Of a DNA stretch of 64,000 bases, positions 12,390 through 25,053 are shown one piece after another (position 1 is the first letter of the stretch; every line of letters begins with the position of its first letter). The notes beneath the pieces are model-generated. The model did no database searches. It saw only the letters and a program-made list of their open reading frames with translations, and had not been told where the DNA came from. Source of the DNA: Lepidodermella squamata (lineage: Eukaryota > Animalia > Gastrotricha); contig JBLDXI010000024.1 of assembly GCA_047495785.1 (NCBI GenBank), positions 4,898,001 to 4,962,000 on the forward strand, in the 5' to 3' direction. The translations under genes were made by a program, and so were the position numbers.

Positions 12390-14779
12390 TCTTGGCAGGT
12401 TTGGAAATTGAAAGTTAAAATATCTTCAAGAAAAATGCTTGTAATGAATAACAACTCCTAGTGTCACTGCGCCTTTAAATGCGCTCATTTTTTGCACTTC
12501 GCTGTTTACCCCACCTGAAAAAGCGAGCAGCCGGCGCCCGCGCGTTCACGAATTATGGATTCATTTGACGTGCCAAACTGCGGAGACGCTGCGGGCGATG
12601 CGACGCGCATGATGCCAGGTGCCATGGCAAACTGGCCGAGTGGCTTTGGTAGCCGGTTGAGATAATTGACTCACCATCAGGATAATGCTATAGCTTATAA
12701 CGAATAGCTGAGCACTATCATGCTCGGCACAGCAACAATTTCATGATAAGTTGAGTGCGTTAACAGATCTGCCACTTGTATAAGTCACATGAGCGACGCA
12801 TGCTCGGTTCGCGTCGCCCACCGCTCATGTTGTCGAGCTTGTCGCGCATCGAGGACACTTGAAGTATTTTGCACTAATTTTCTCAGAATTTAGGGTAAAC
12901 TCGTTGTGTATACATTCGAAATCTGCAAAAAAACGGCTGTTATCTTTTGAGCGGCGCTCACTCGGGCATCGGCGACAAGGTCCATCAGTCTACGCCCCAA
13001 CAGCATGCCTTCAATTACTAAGGATTGCATGTTTCGACTTTTCAGGAATAGATTACCGAACAAGTACCGTTCTTTGAGTGTCGATTTGTACTCCCGTATC
13101 AGTAAATATGCGTGTGCCATTCTAATGATTCAATCGTCAATTGCTCGCAAAGTTGGGGAAATTCCCCATTCCAAAGCAGCGCCAAGCTTTGCTATTCTAT
13201 AGCGCCATTAGGCTGTCATAAACAGCAAATCACCGTGAACTCAGTTATACCGAACTAATTGCGCCATGAATGCATGAACATCAAGACTCTGCTGCTGGCA
13301 ACCTTTTATTGCTCCGATGTTGGGAGCTTTATCTCACTCTTCATGCTAGCCAACTTGTGAGGTAAACACAAAATAAATCCGCCGAATACTCAAAATTAGT
13401 TTGGCGGATGAATGTGGGCATTTTATTTATCATCTGCCGTTAGATAATAACGGCTCAATCTCAAGGCCAACTGTTCTTCGATTTCAATGCGTCCTCTCGC
13501 ACTTGTTTGGTCTCACAGTTCACTTCAATAGCGTAGGGTAGCAATATCGTAGCCCACGGCAAGACGCAAGGCGATGTTCCTGCTGTTTGCTTATCTCAGC
13601 GTTGCCTGTCAGGGAAACATCAAGACTGGGTTAGGCACTACTCTATCCTTTATTGTGAATGAATCGAACATTGAGGATCTGCCATTCATGGCCTTGAATA
13701 TCATATAGAAATAACTACAGCAAACATGGCATTGCCTAATTGATGATCACATGACACATGATTATTGTCACAAGCTAGTTAGTTCGATGGCACGATGCCA
13801 GCCGGCAGTTCCTTACATTGCCACAGTTTGAGTTTTGTCGTTTCGGACATTTCCGCCAAAATCTTGTTTCTCCCATCCATACCTATCGTAAAAAAATTTC
13901 TAATTTCTGAGAAATTTGAAATGAACCCGAATTTTTTTGCACTTGTCAATTAACTACACCTGAAAAAAATCGAGCAGCGGGCGGCCGCATGTTTATCAGC
14001 ATTTCTTTTTAAATGACGTGCTCAACTGCCTGCGTTATATCGCACAAATGATATCATGGCAAGCCGGTCGAGCAGTACTGGTAGGCGCTCGTTTTAATGA
14101 CCTGTCATGTTATTGACACCAAAAATATCCGAGCATCATATAGCTTGGCTAAATATTGCTTGTGTCACTAAATGCGTTGCTCAACACTAAGGCGCCAAGG
14201 AACTCGAAATTTCGGTCAAAGCCGATTAGCAGACAACTTTACTTACCTTCGTACAGAAACCAGGCGTTCCAAGATAGATCTTGAAGCCGCGGCATGGTCT
14301 TCACAGGCCTTTCCGCCTATCGCTCCTTCTCCGCCGGGTGCTTCGTCTTCTTGTTCTTTCGAGCACAGTCACTCGCAGCCAGGCACGATTCATGATGGCT
14401 TCCATCTTATAAAACTCCACTCGATTCGAGCACCATACCGGCTCCACTGACTATACCTGAAAAACAATAAGAATGTAGTTCTTTGCACTATTTATCTCAG
14501 CCGCTAGTTACCCTCGATTTGTACACCGTGCATTCGGCGGAATCCCCTAATCGCCTTAACCTACGTTTTAAGTCTTGCCTCATCTTCTCTATCATTCTGC
14601 CAGTAGTCGGTCGTGTTGTGCGTGGAGCGCATCTAATCGCTCTCAACCATTTTCGCTTCGATTTAATTGCTCTTGCAAATAAACGTTGCAACTTGATCAA
14701 TCCGAATATCGTTAGAGCTTTAGCCTCGGTATGCTTTAACGTAATACCAAACCACAAAGAATGACAGTGAATTTATTTA

Positions 14780-16141
14780 CCGTATTTTTTCTATTAGTTG
14801 CCCAGGGCCAACATTAAAAATGAAAGATTCACCAAAAATGATTTTTTGAGATCACTACCGTTTCGGTATAACTCTCCATTTGGCGGTAATTACTTTACCG
14901 CAGCACGCAAACACGGCATTATACCTTATAATGCTTTTGCGGTAAAACTAACGCCGCCGCAACCGTACATTTTTACCACAAGCGGCGTTAGTTTTACTGT
15001 GGAAGCACTTGCGGCAGTTAGTATTTAACGAAAGCTTTTATCTTTTCAGTTACTGTAAGGCTGACACAGCGAGTGTAAGAAGCATGCTGCATATGAGCTA
15101 TGGAGGAACCCCGCGCGCACCCTGTCGTCACTGTCACTGTTGTCACTCCTGGGGTGGTGCCGGGCAAGGCCGAATAGCTAATTGCGATCACGCAAGCTCG
15201 TCATTTTTCAATAATTTTTAACCACCACCCTTCGTTTTGTAAGCCTATGGGCGCGCGCCGGTTTAAGCTAGAACAATGGAATAACGGTGTACCGAATAAT
15301 GAAAAGCTCTATCGGTACAATTTTACAACTTGTTTATAACTGTTAAAACAACGGCAGTGGATTTATCGAAAAGTTGACATTTTTCAACACATTTATTAAA
15401 TCATCTTCAAGAATGCGAAAGATGTAAACATAACAGTTTCACGAGCCGATAGCTCTTGATCGAGTGGTTTTGAATATAAGAAAATCGCTCGAAAAATGAC
15501 TAGCGGTGATTTTTTATTTTGCATTGAAAGACATGCGCTCGGTTGCGGTTGCGTAACAAGCTCTAATGTAAGTACGCAAGCCAAGACGTCGGCGGCTGCG
15601 CGCGCGCATCAACTGATAAACCTTTCGTCACTGCGCGCAGATGCAACTCTACAATATTCCTCCATAACATGAGCTGAACTTACCGTAGAGAAACAAATTT
15701 TACCGCGCGCGAGTATTTGTATGCTTTACCGTCGAGGTTGCCGTTTACGGTAAATTATTTACCGCAACTAGAGAACAATGGCGAGATTGAGTTACCGTCA
15801 ATTAACTAGAAAAAAATCTGGTTCATTAGCTCAAAACCCTCAAAATGCTCTTGCTAATAAACCATTTGGCGACGGGTTTATTATCTACTTTTAAATAAAA
15901 AATTAGCTTAATAGCTAGTTTTTCATTGTTGCGTAATCAAATTTTGTCTTTTCAGCTTCTTAAATATCTAAAAGTAGATAATAAACCCGTCGCCAAAAGG
16001 TTTATTAGAAAGAGCATTTTGAGGGTTTTGAGCTAATAAACCAGATTTTTTTCTAGTGAAATGGAGAGTTATAGCGAAACGCTAACGAGATTTTTGAGGT
16101 TTCAATTTTTGCTGCCCGGGCTGCTACGGGAGGAAATACGG
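14780..16141. mobile_element. Non-autonomous Tc1/mariner(pogo)-type element, TA TSD, CCGTATTT termini, ~100-bp imperfect TIRs
   Basis: TA|ccgtattt...gtttcggtataactctccattt mirrors aaatggagagttatagcgaaac...aaatacgg|TA. Confidence 0.7.
15809..16053. mobile_element. Foldback MITE (~85-bp near-perfect TIRs) nested in the 14780-16141 element
   Basis: gaaaaaaatctggttcattagctcaaaaccctcaaaatgctc...tctactttta is mirrored at ~15969-16053; flanked by TA. Confidence 0.8.
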
Positions 16142-16644
16142 TATACCGACGAACTTACCAACTGCAGGCCGCATGTATTAGCAGTGTAAATTTTCTTGGC
16201 ACTAGCTGACTATTCACGTTGGCCATCAGATATGCAGGAAACGCGAACTAATTTTGCCAAATATTCCTAAATGACGTCGAAAATTAGTTAGACAAATGCA
16301 TCCTTTGCTGCCACATAAGAAGTTTGCTACTTTTTAGCCGTTGATCGCACGACAGTGAGCGATAGCTTTTAGAAAACAGTTGAAGATCCGCTTTCGAACG
16401 AATGTAGCTTCGCACTCACGGAATGGCGCGCAAACTACTTGTCTTGTACACAATGTACAATTGAAATTTCCTGGCTCGCCTATATCTTAAACAATCAAGC
16501 ACCGGGCTGTCGTATGCCGTGCGTTAATTCTAAATTCGTTGAAATTGGCGTGCTTTATTGCGATGACGCTGATGTCATGTTGCACATCTAGCAAGCGGGT
16601 CGTTGTCGGCCGAGCTAATGCTATTGACATCACCTACAGCTGAT

Positions 16645-16786
16645 AGAGCGAAGTAAGACCGCGGAAGTGGTAGGGATACCAAAAATCGGCATAAGGGTCC
16701 CCCCTTTGGTCTACGGCTGAGCTCACCCTAAGGACCGATGGAACTGGTAGGGATGACCCCTACCATCCCTAGCGGTACTTCGCTCT
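16645..16786. mobile_element. Small putative MITE with 11-bp TIR agagcgaagta
   Basis: agagcgaagta ... tacttcgctct; 9-bp direct repeat ctacagctg nearby on both sides. Confidence 0.45.
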
Positions 16787-18273
16787 CTGCCGCTCTCTGT
16801 CTACAGCTGCGTTTAGATCACTCGTATTCGTCTTATGCTTTACGCTTGTTTGGTTTGCACGGCCGACATAGATAGGTAGCTAACGCAGGTCATGCAGCTG
16901 AAGCTAAACTCAGCATTCGCATAACTTGCATAACTCGCGAAAGTTGAGCGTAGCCCGATCAATGTATAGCTGATTTTCCATCCATTAGCGAAAGATCAGC
17001 TCAAAACTCATGCATCTTACATCTCGACCCAAAGTTTTATTCTCGACCCAAATTTAAATTTCAAATAATCTGGTTTTCAACAAAAAAGTTTACCCTGAAT
17101 GTGCCGCGTGGACTTCGGGCACCAATCGATAGCCCTTGATTACAACAATCGATTGACATGTGATGATCGATAGTGACCCTCACGGTTTGGCCGTTATGGC
17201 AGTTGAAAATGTCGCTAAAGAGAGATCCTCAAAAGGCGTACAACATATGTATGGACTCAGCGTTTTATCCGCTGGCAAGAAGAAGCGCTGTCCATCAGCG
17301 GTTATTCGGCCATTCACACTGCAAAACTGCTTCGAATATTCGCCGTCATGACAAGCCCGACTTCATATGAAGATGCCGCGCCTACACTGGAGTGGAACCG
17401 GTCAGATCGAGGCCGAATCGTCTCGCAGCAAGGCTCCATACCCGCGTCATCAGAGACCAGCCATGATAAATCAAAGTTGACACAACAGTCATTCTCTTGG
17501 AGATAAGCCGTGACGTGCCGCTAAACGAGGGAGAGTCGCTTGACTTGATCAAGATGTATCCCGCGCTTGGAGTCGATTTCGCGCAACACACCGGCTGGTT
17601 TCCCCTGCATCGCTTCGTGACGTGCGGTATTCGGACCGACCACCGAGTGCGGGCTGTCCTCAGTAATTCGGGTTGCCTTGTTTCAGAGATGATCGCTTAA
17701 CGTCGTTTCTGGTTTCGACACGTTCTACTACCTTCGCTGTACCCACGCTGTAAATCAACCTTGAAGAGCTACACTCAGTGTCAATGGATTTGGTTCAGTG
17801 ATTGCTAACCAGGCAACGCCACTTTAATTCTGAATTCGCTGCGGCCTATCAAAGAAGCGGCTCAGCATTGCTGCCCCACTTCACCATGAAAAACTGGCGA
17901 ACAAAGGGGTCAAATCGAATTGTTCGGAGTTGTTCGAATGAGCCAAAAGTACTCGTGCCAGGCTGGGATAGCTGTTCTGGAAGCAAACTCATCTTGCAAA
18001 TTATTTGTAGAAATGTTTGCAAGCTAGCCGAGGCTCCAGATAGTGAAAAATCGTTGGCTCTCTGTTCAAAGACAAACAAAGCGCATGTCGCTTTTTCATT
18101 CGTTTTATTATGATTAACAATTTTAGCAGATCCGAATGACAGAGAGTCGCTACCAAGGCTTTTAACTTTTAAATCGGTAAAGCAAATTCAATGGAGTCGA
18201 AATGGCAGTTTTTTCATATGCAAGGACTCCCAGGAGCATTTTCCCTCAGGAAGTATGCTAATCTTTCTTCCGT

Positions 18274-18786
18274 TCATGCACGAAGCAGCCTGAGGAGTAC
18301 CGGAGCCGATGCTGCCACGATGAGCGCGGGCAGCGCAATGTCAACAGGCGACGCCTTGTTGCAGTTCGCACCCTGGCAGCAGTAATTGTCGTTGCAGTTG
18401 TTGCCTGGATCGCAAGTTTTTCCAGCGTCGCAAGTGGTCACGCATCCTTTCGAGATAGTTTGTGAATATTTAAGAAGATTGGCTAAACTCGAGTTGTACG
18501 TGATTACAATTTTCTGTGAAATAATCCGGATTAGCAAACTGTCAGCTGATGCAAATTTCAACGGCAGCAAACCTGGCAATATCCCGTCGTATAAGTGCAT
18601 GTAGTATAAGCCTCGGATACAGTGGTGTTGGTGTAAGTTGTGCTGGATCCTGAAATGCAGGTAGTCGTCGTTTGTGCATCTACTTGATTAACAGAAAGAC
18701 TGTTGTGATATTCAGATATATAAATTGATTCGCCGACCTGTCGCAGCAATAAGAGCGAAAGCAAGTGGGAGAAGCAGTGCGTTCAT
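18274..18786 (-). CDS. GPI-anchored Ly6/uPAR (three-finger) protein, copy 2, 131 aa. Exons 18786-18738, 18679-18573, 18513-18274
   Basis: Paralog of 11877-12389 with identical exon sizes (49/107/240), CCQGANCN motif and GPI tail; ~0.45 kb of upstream sequence is also duplicated. Confidence 0.82.
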
Positions 18787-19405
18787 TCTGGCGGGCTTGA
18801 AAGTTCAACGTTGAAATTTCTTCGGGAAAAATGCTTGTGAAATGAACACCCCCCAGCGTCCATGAGCATTTAAATAGGCTCATTTATTGCCCTGGGCTGT
18901 TTACCACACCTGAAATACTTCGAGCAGCGGGTGGCCGCCCGTTCACAAAGATGAAAAAGTTTGGCGTACCTCTATCAGCGGAGGCGCATATGATATGCTA
19001 GGCCAGCTGGCTGAGTGGTGTTGGTAGCCGGTCGAGTTAATTGACTCGCCACGGTAATGTTATATGGCGGATAGCTGAGCACTATCATGCCCGTCCCGCG
19101 CTACAACTTCATGATGTGTGAGCTATCAGATCTGCCGGTCGTAAAAGTCACATGAGCCACGAATGCTCGGTTCGCGTCGCCAACTGCTCACGTTGTCGAG
19201 CATGCCGACCATCGATGGCGAGTAAAGTATTTTGCACCAGCGAGAGTTTCTTTAACAATATTGCTGGACTCTATAGTTAAATCATGAAAGAAGGACCGAT
19301 TTTCTACAACAGAAACAAATTCTAACAGTTAAGTAACCCCAGTTGGTAACCCCAAGTGCCATTACGAACGCTTAGGTAGAGCCTTCCTAGCGGCAGCGTA
19401 GCACC

Positions 19406-19477
19406 GGCCCGTTGGTCTAGGGGTATGATTCTCGCTTCGGGTGCGAGAGGTCTCGGGTTCAATTCCCGAACGGGCCC
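19406..19477 (+). tRNA. tRNA-Pro(CGG)
   Basis: ggcccgttggtctagggg, ctcgc-TT CGG GT-gcgag. Confidence 0.92.
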
Positions 19478-19551
19478 GCCGCATTTTTACCTTTGACAAC
19501 CTGCAAAAAGCGCTGAATGACAGATGAACACAACGTCCAGTTGTCATCATC

Positions 19552-19623
19552 TCCCTGATGGTCTAGTGGTTAGGATTCCGCGCTTTCACCGCGGCGGCCC
19601 GGGTTCGATTCCCGGTCAGGGAA
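19552..19623 (+). tRNA. tRNA-Glu(TTC)
   Basis: tccctgatggtctagtgg, ccgcg-CT TTC AC-cgcgg. Confidence 0.92.
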
Positions 19624-19707
19624 CATTTTTATCATTTCTACGCATGCAACATAAAAATTGACTGGCAAAGTTGTGTGGCTTTATTTTCAAAAAATTCACC
19701 CAATACC

Positions 19708-19779
19708 AGGCTCAGGGGGGGATCGAACCCTCGATCTTCTGCTTACTAGGCAGACGCTCTACCACTAAGCTACTGAGCC
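19708..19779 (-). tRNA. tRNA-Thr(AGT)
   Basis: tctgc-CT AGT AA-gcaga; one A-C mismatch in the T-stem. Confidence 0.87.
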
Positions 19780-19854
19780 GAAGGTGACAGCTAGAATTTC
19801 AGGGACGACGTCTCATTTCGGCGAACAAACCGTTTCTACAGGCAGAAAAAATTC

Positions 19855-19927
19855 TGGAGGATACGGGCGTCGATCCCGTTACCTCTCGCATGCTAAGCGA
19901 GCGCTCTACCATTTGAGCTAATCCCCC
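19855..19927 (-). tRNA. tRNA-Ala(AGC)
   Basis: gggggattagctcaaatgg, anticodon AGC, G3:U70. Confidence 0.92.
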
Positions 19928-19999
19928 TTCGTAGTCAAGTGGTTCGACAAAGCGGTGAAATCAGCCGAATGCAGCTAAACTGAGCAAGGAAAAAGCTTG

Positions 20000-20072
20000 C
20001 GCCCTCCGGGGGACTCGAACCCCCGACCCTGTGATTAAAAGTCACATGCTCTACCGACTGAGCTAGGAAGGC
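20000..20072 (-). tRNA. tRNA-Lys(TTT)
   Basis: tgtga-CT TTT AA-tcaca. Confidence 0.92.
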
Positions 20073-20861
20073 CCTTGAAACGCATGGCCTCTGGCAAAAT
20101 TGATTGATTCAACAGTGGGGCCTGCATCGTCTCGAAGGAGATCTCGGTATTTTGCGCCACTTTAGGTAAACTCGCCCGCAACTTTTTAGGTTAAACTCGA
20201 CTAGCAGGCAGCGTAACTTACACAGTAAAAAAAACTCGGTTTTCACCCAGTTGGAAAAACGGAATTTACCGTGCAGCGTTTACGGAACCCGGTAAATACC
20301 AGATGACAACCGAGTTTTTGCTACTTTTCGCAGTAACCGACCTAGTGCAACCCAGTAAGAACCATGCATCTACGAAATATCGGTTATGAACCTGGTTTGT
20401 ACCGACTTTGTACCGACTTTGCCGCATTTTTACAGAAAATATTTCTAAGTCCCTATTCCTATTGGATCGCATGATGAATTGCACTACCCCTCGAAAATTA
20501 GGCAGGGTACCTATGCAGTGGGCAACTTCATACAGCTGGCATACAGTTGGCATACGAAAGTCGATCATCGAAACCAACCGATTTCTGCCTTTGTAACATC
20601 AACTCGATAATTTATGCAAAAATGTGAATTAATCTCTGATTCAGGCCGCATATAACTCAGGCCTGGTAGCTCTGACCGATCAACAATCAATAATGATTAA
20701 TCTAGCCCTTTCTGGAAAATTTCAACTAAAATGCAGGTTTTATTAACAGTGGAAAATGCTGAAAAGTTAGGAAATCTAATTGCATACATTGCATGTTAAT
20801 AACAATTGCATCACATTCAGTGGTCGGAAATATTAGATATTGCAGCTTTTTAACTGCATAT

Positions 20862-21039
20862 CGTTAGCGGCGCGCCAAAACAACCACTTAGATGACTCAT
20901 TCGATCGTACTTGATGTCGCCGAACGTAATGATTAAGTACGATAGGCCATTTGAGCTCTGATTTTTTTTCTACTCTCGATTGTACTATCCATATAAAATC
21001 TATTAATAGTAAAGTGGTTGTTTGGGCGCGCCGCTATCG
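20862..21039. mobile_element. MITE, 28-bp TIR cgttagcggcgcgccaaaacaaccactt, flanked by ATAT
   Basis: TIR has 2 mismatches; same termini as the MITE at 34121-34308. Confidence 0.75.
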
Positions 21040-21675
21040 ATATGTGCAATAATATGTGCATCGTCATTTTGGATTCGCTTCCGCTGCGACAGGGCGACAT
21101 CGAGTTGCTTCAAAGTTTACGGAAAAAATAAACATCGTCGCTTTACGACACCCTCGATATGTCTGAATTATAACGAAATTACCTCATGTTTGTGGATTTT
21201 GAACCGGCAGGCCTCATTCAACTGCAACGTGAAAAATTGTGAGGAATGCTGCGGCAGGAAAGTTTCACAAAATAAAAAATCATGCGATAAGGAAACTTGG
21301 GAATGGCCAACTAAAACATCAACAAAGCTTCGGATTCCTCTCTTCACTTACAACCTGGAAATTATCACTTTTACAGAGCATAGCTGGAACTAAATAAGTA
21401 ATAATGGGGCAAAGTGGAAACGGAAAAAACGCGCGCTGGAAGGAATCCATTTGTTACTTCATGGATTAAAATCGAATCCAAAATAATAAATCACCCGTCG
21501 CCAAATACGTGTTTATTGCCGTAAGCGCAGTCAACAACAAAATAGTAGCACATCGTGATTTAATAGCATAATATTCCAAGGAATGTGTAGATTCAACGGC
21601 TATCGGTCGAATTTCAACATAGAAAGAAAGACCCGTCACCATTCAGTCACTGGGTAGTAGTAATGATAACAATTT

Positions 21676-24600
21676 TCACTCGAACTTGATGCCCTGGGCC
21701 AGAGGCAGCTGGTTGCCGTAGTTGATCGTGCACGTCGACCGGCGCATGTACTGCTTCCACGAATCCGACCCGGACTCTCGCCCGCCGCCCGTGTGCTTCT
21801 CCCCACCAAACGCCCCGCCAATCTCAGCCCCGGAAGTGCCGCAATTCACGTTGACGATGCCGCAGTCAGACCCGGCGGCCGACAGCCAACGGAACACCCG
21901 GCCGGTGTCCTTGGTGAAAATCGACGAGGATAAACCCTGTTTCACCTCGTTATTCCAGGAAATAGCCTGGTCTAGGGAATTCGTTTTCAGAACGTAGACA
22001 ATCGGGACGAAGGTCTCCCGCATGACCAACGGGTGGTCGTGCGGCAGCCCTGTGACAATGGTCGGCTCTACGAAATTGCCATCGCGGTCCGACAGAACCC
22101 GGCCACCGCTCACAACCTTGCCGCCGGCTTTTTTCGCCTCCTCGACCGCGTTTTTGTACGCTTCAACTGCGGATTTCGTGTGCAGGGGCCCGCACAGCAC
22201 GCCCGACTGCAGCGGGTCGCCGATTTTCACGGACGTGTACGCCTTGGCGAGGCGCTCGACAAAGTTGTCGTGCACCTTCTCGTGCAGGATCAGCCGGCGC
22301 GTGGTCGTGCACCGCTGGCCGGCGGTGCCGACGCTGCCGAACACGGCGGCGCGGACCGCCATGTCGACGTCCGCGTCGTCCATCACGATGATCGCGTTGT
22401 TGCCGCCCAGCTCCAGCAGCAACTTGCCGAAACGGCTTTGCACCTGATGAAAGTATCAAAATGAAGCGATAGTAACGAAGAAATTAAGAACTAACTAATT
22501 CAAGCCGATTTTTCAGGTGCAGAAATGCATACAAATTTTAGCGAAAATTTAGCAGCCTTTTCTACAGCGAGTCCCATATGTTGCACGCAATTGTTTTATT
22601 TTTCAATTTTTGAAGGAAATCAACTAAATATTTGAAACTCCATCCACGATTTTACTAAATAAATTGAAAAATTTACCGGAAAAAACCCGATGGTAACGTT
22701 TCGGTTATTACCTGGTTTGACAAAATTTCTTCGGATATGTTTATCCTATTCACATGAGACGTACTTGATCTCATTGCATTTTAGATTTTTCCAATATTTT
22801 TCTGGCCATGAAATATGACTTCATTTCAGAGTTCCCGATCCCTTCCTTTGTTTGCGTTACTTAAGGGACACGCTGTAAATAAAGCTGTCGAGGCTTTACG
22901 CAGCATTTATCCATGATTTCCACGAAAAATCCTCGAAAAATTCGATATAAGACACTGAAGTCCGCGTTTTTCTACTATCTATGAAACGAAACGAAACGCT
23001 TTTTATTTTGTCCTTTTTTTCCAGATAAAACGAACGAAAATGTATGAAGAAGTGATTGGCACTTTCATCGGATTATGAACAGAGTGTTTTATGCTTTCTA
23101 TAAAATTAATTTTGTTTTCACATTGCAAAGGACGTCGGAAACAAATTAATACAGCAGTGAAGGCAGTTTTTAAACAATTTGAAGCGCCTTGAGAACAACT
23201 TTAGGTATTTAGTAAGACTCGCCTTAAATGCTGAGACTAATGCAAGCTATCATAGGCTTCACATTCCAGAAAAAATAGGCTAAACAGAACAGACAAAATA
23301 TTATGAACGCCGATATACTTGAGCGATGATGCTTAACAAAATCTGGTTCTCGAGATTAGATACCAAGACATTAGATCATGCTAGTGCAGAAATTCAATGG
23401 AACATCCAATGATTTCAAGGGAAATTCGGGTCAATTTGGTTCCCTAATTTGTTTAGCGCAGAAAGCTTTTTTATCGCAGCCCTACGAAAGTCTTAATCCA
23501 CGACTTAATCCCCGCAGGTATTTCTTATTTAAAGTAAGGTGAAAAATTCAGTGAAAATTAACCCATCAATCGGTCAATGTTATGAAATGGAAAAGATGCG
23601 TACCGTAAACACCGAATTATTAGGCACTGCTTTTTTCCGAAGAGCATTTCCAGAAAAACTAATTGCTCGCCGGGCTAAGATCGATGCAGAAGAGGGCTTA
23701 TATAGGTAGGAGAGATCTAGCCGTGCCTTGTAATTCTTGTAATAATTTATGTAGATATTTCGGTAATTTCCAGAACATTCAACACTATCATTCCGATTGG
23801 TAAATTATCCTGGCAAATCACGCTGTGATTGAAGCAAATCATTACGAGTCGAACTTTTAATTAATTTGGTAGAATTTTTTGCCAATTATATAACATATTT
23901 CAGATTTCAGGGTGAATTTAAATGGGTCATTTTGTTCACGTGTAAGTCGCTTAAGTAATAACTCTTCAATGAACTCGGAAGCATTTTTATCAGATTTGCA
24001 GACTTGGCCTTAAGTAGTTGTAAATCCTCTTTGAACTAGATTCGATGCAGCCGGGTGAAGAATTCGCCTGGTAACATAAATTTAGCAGCGTTTCATTATT
24101 AGCCAAGCATAAATTGAAATGAAGAATTGTCAAATCCCCAATTACTAGTGCATATTTACGAACTAAATTATAGGCTCATGATCTCAGTTATAAATTACCT
24201 TTTGTCCAACGATGCTGCCAACGTGGGTTGAGCCAGTGAAAGAAATCATTGGCAGCCGCTCATCCTCAGCCATCGCATTGCCAATATCAGCCCCGCCGCA
24301 AACCATCGAACAAATTGCGGGCGATAGGTTGTTCTTCTCGAAAACCTTCGCAACAATGCGAGTTGTCGCAATTGACGTCAATGGAGTGGTCGGCGCACCT
24401 TTCCACAGGAAAGTATTGCCACAAACTAGACCAATAGCGGCATTCCAGCCGAAAACAGCGACAGGGAAGTTGAAAGCAGTGATGACACCGATGGTTCCGA
24501 GCGGATTCCACGTTTCAACCAGCATATGATCCGCTCGCTCACTAGGCAGAACTTGACCGGCAAACGTGCGTGACAAACCAACGGCATAATCACAAATGTC

Positions 24601-25053
24601 GATAAATTCTTGAACTTCACCCTCGCCTTCGACGAGAAGTTTGCCCATTTCCAGCGATACAAGTTTGCCGAGTGGTGTTTTGTATTGGCGGAGGCTGTCA
24701 CCGATTTGGCGAACGATTTCACCGCGTTGCGGCGCAGGCATCTTCCGCCAATCAATCCAAGCGGCATTAGCTGCCTTAACTGCGGCTTCGTAATCTTGGA
24801 GTGAAGCTTGGGCGACTTTACCCAGTACTTTGTTGTTGATTGGCGATACAGACTCAATTACCTGGCCGTTTCCAGTCCATTTCGATCCGTAGTAAACACC
24901 ATGATTGACCTCAGTTGAGCTCAGACCGAGTGGGGCAAATATTTCGTCCATTTTGTGGTGAGATGAGGATTTGAAGCGGGCAACAAATGACAAACGAGAG
25001 GGTGCTAGCAGGGACTTGTTGGCAAGAACTCGAGTAAAATTAATAAGTGTCAT
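21676..25053 (-). CDS. ALDH7A1: Aldehyde dehydrogenase 7A1 / antiquitin (alpha-aminoadipic semialdehyde dehydrogenase), 540 aa. Exons 25053-24199, 22443-21676
   Basis: [14 protein letters not shown], catalytic LELGGNN and [36 protein letters not shown]...[10 protein letters not shown]; Arg/Ser-rich N-terminus resembles a mitochondrial presequence. Confidence 0.97.
22668..22830. repeat. Interspersed repeat in the ALDH7A1 intron; related copy at ~42828-42960
   Basis: Shared aaaatttaccggaaaaa..cccgatggtaa..tttcgg..acctggtt..ttctggcca. Confidence 0.55.

Larger units (their letters stand above)
19343..20087 (-). repeat. Inverted orphan fragment of the tRNA repeat unit (Pro-CGG to Lys-TTT)
   Basis: Reverse complement of ~49190-49940, spacers included. 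Confidence 0.92.

Noticed and set aside
14245-14764. Exon-like minus-strand segment with splice signals and basic ORFs
   Set aside because: Stops in all frames and no recognisable domain.
17160-18113. Short ORFs, one with AVLSNSGCL resembling a sialylmotif
   Set aside because: The key Cys is absent, frames are broken and there is no supporting motif.
20221-20440. Possible CACAGTAAAAA...TTTTTACAG element
   Set aside because: Right end incomplete and no TSD found.
21722-22464. Long antisense and alternative-frame ORFs over ALDH7A1 (and similarly over mGluR and calponin)
   Set aside because: By-product of GC-rich codon usage in the real exons.
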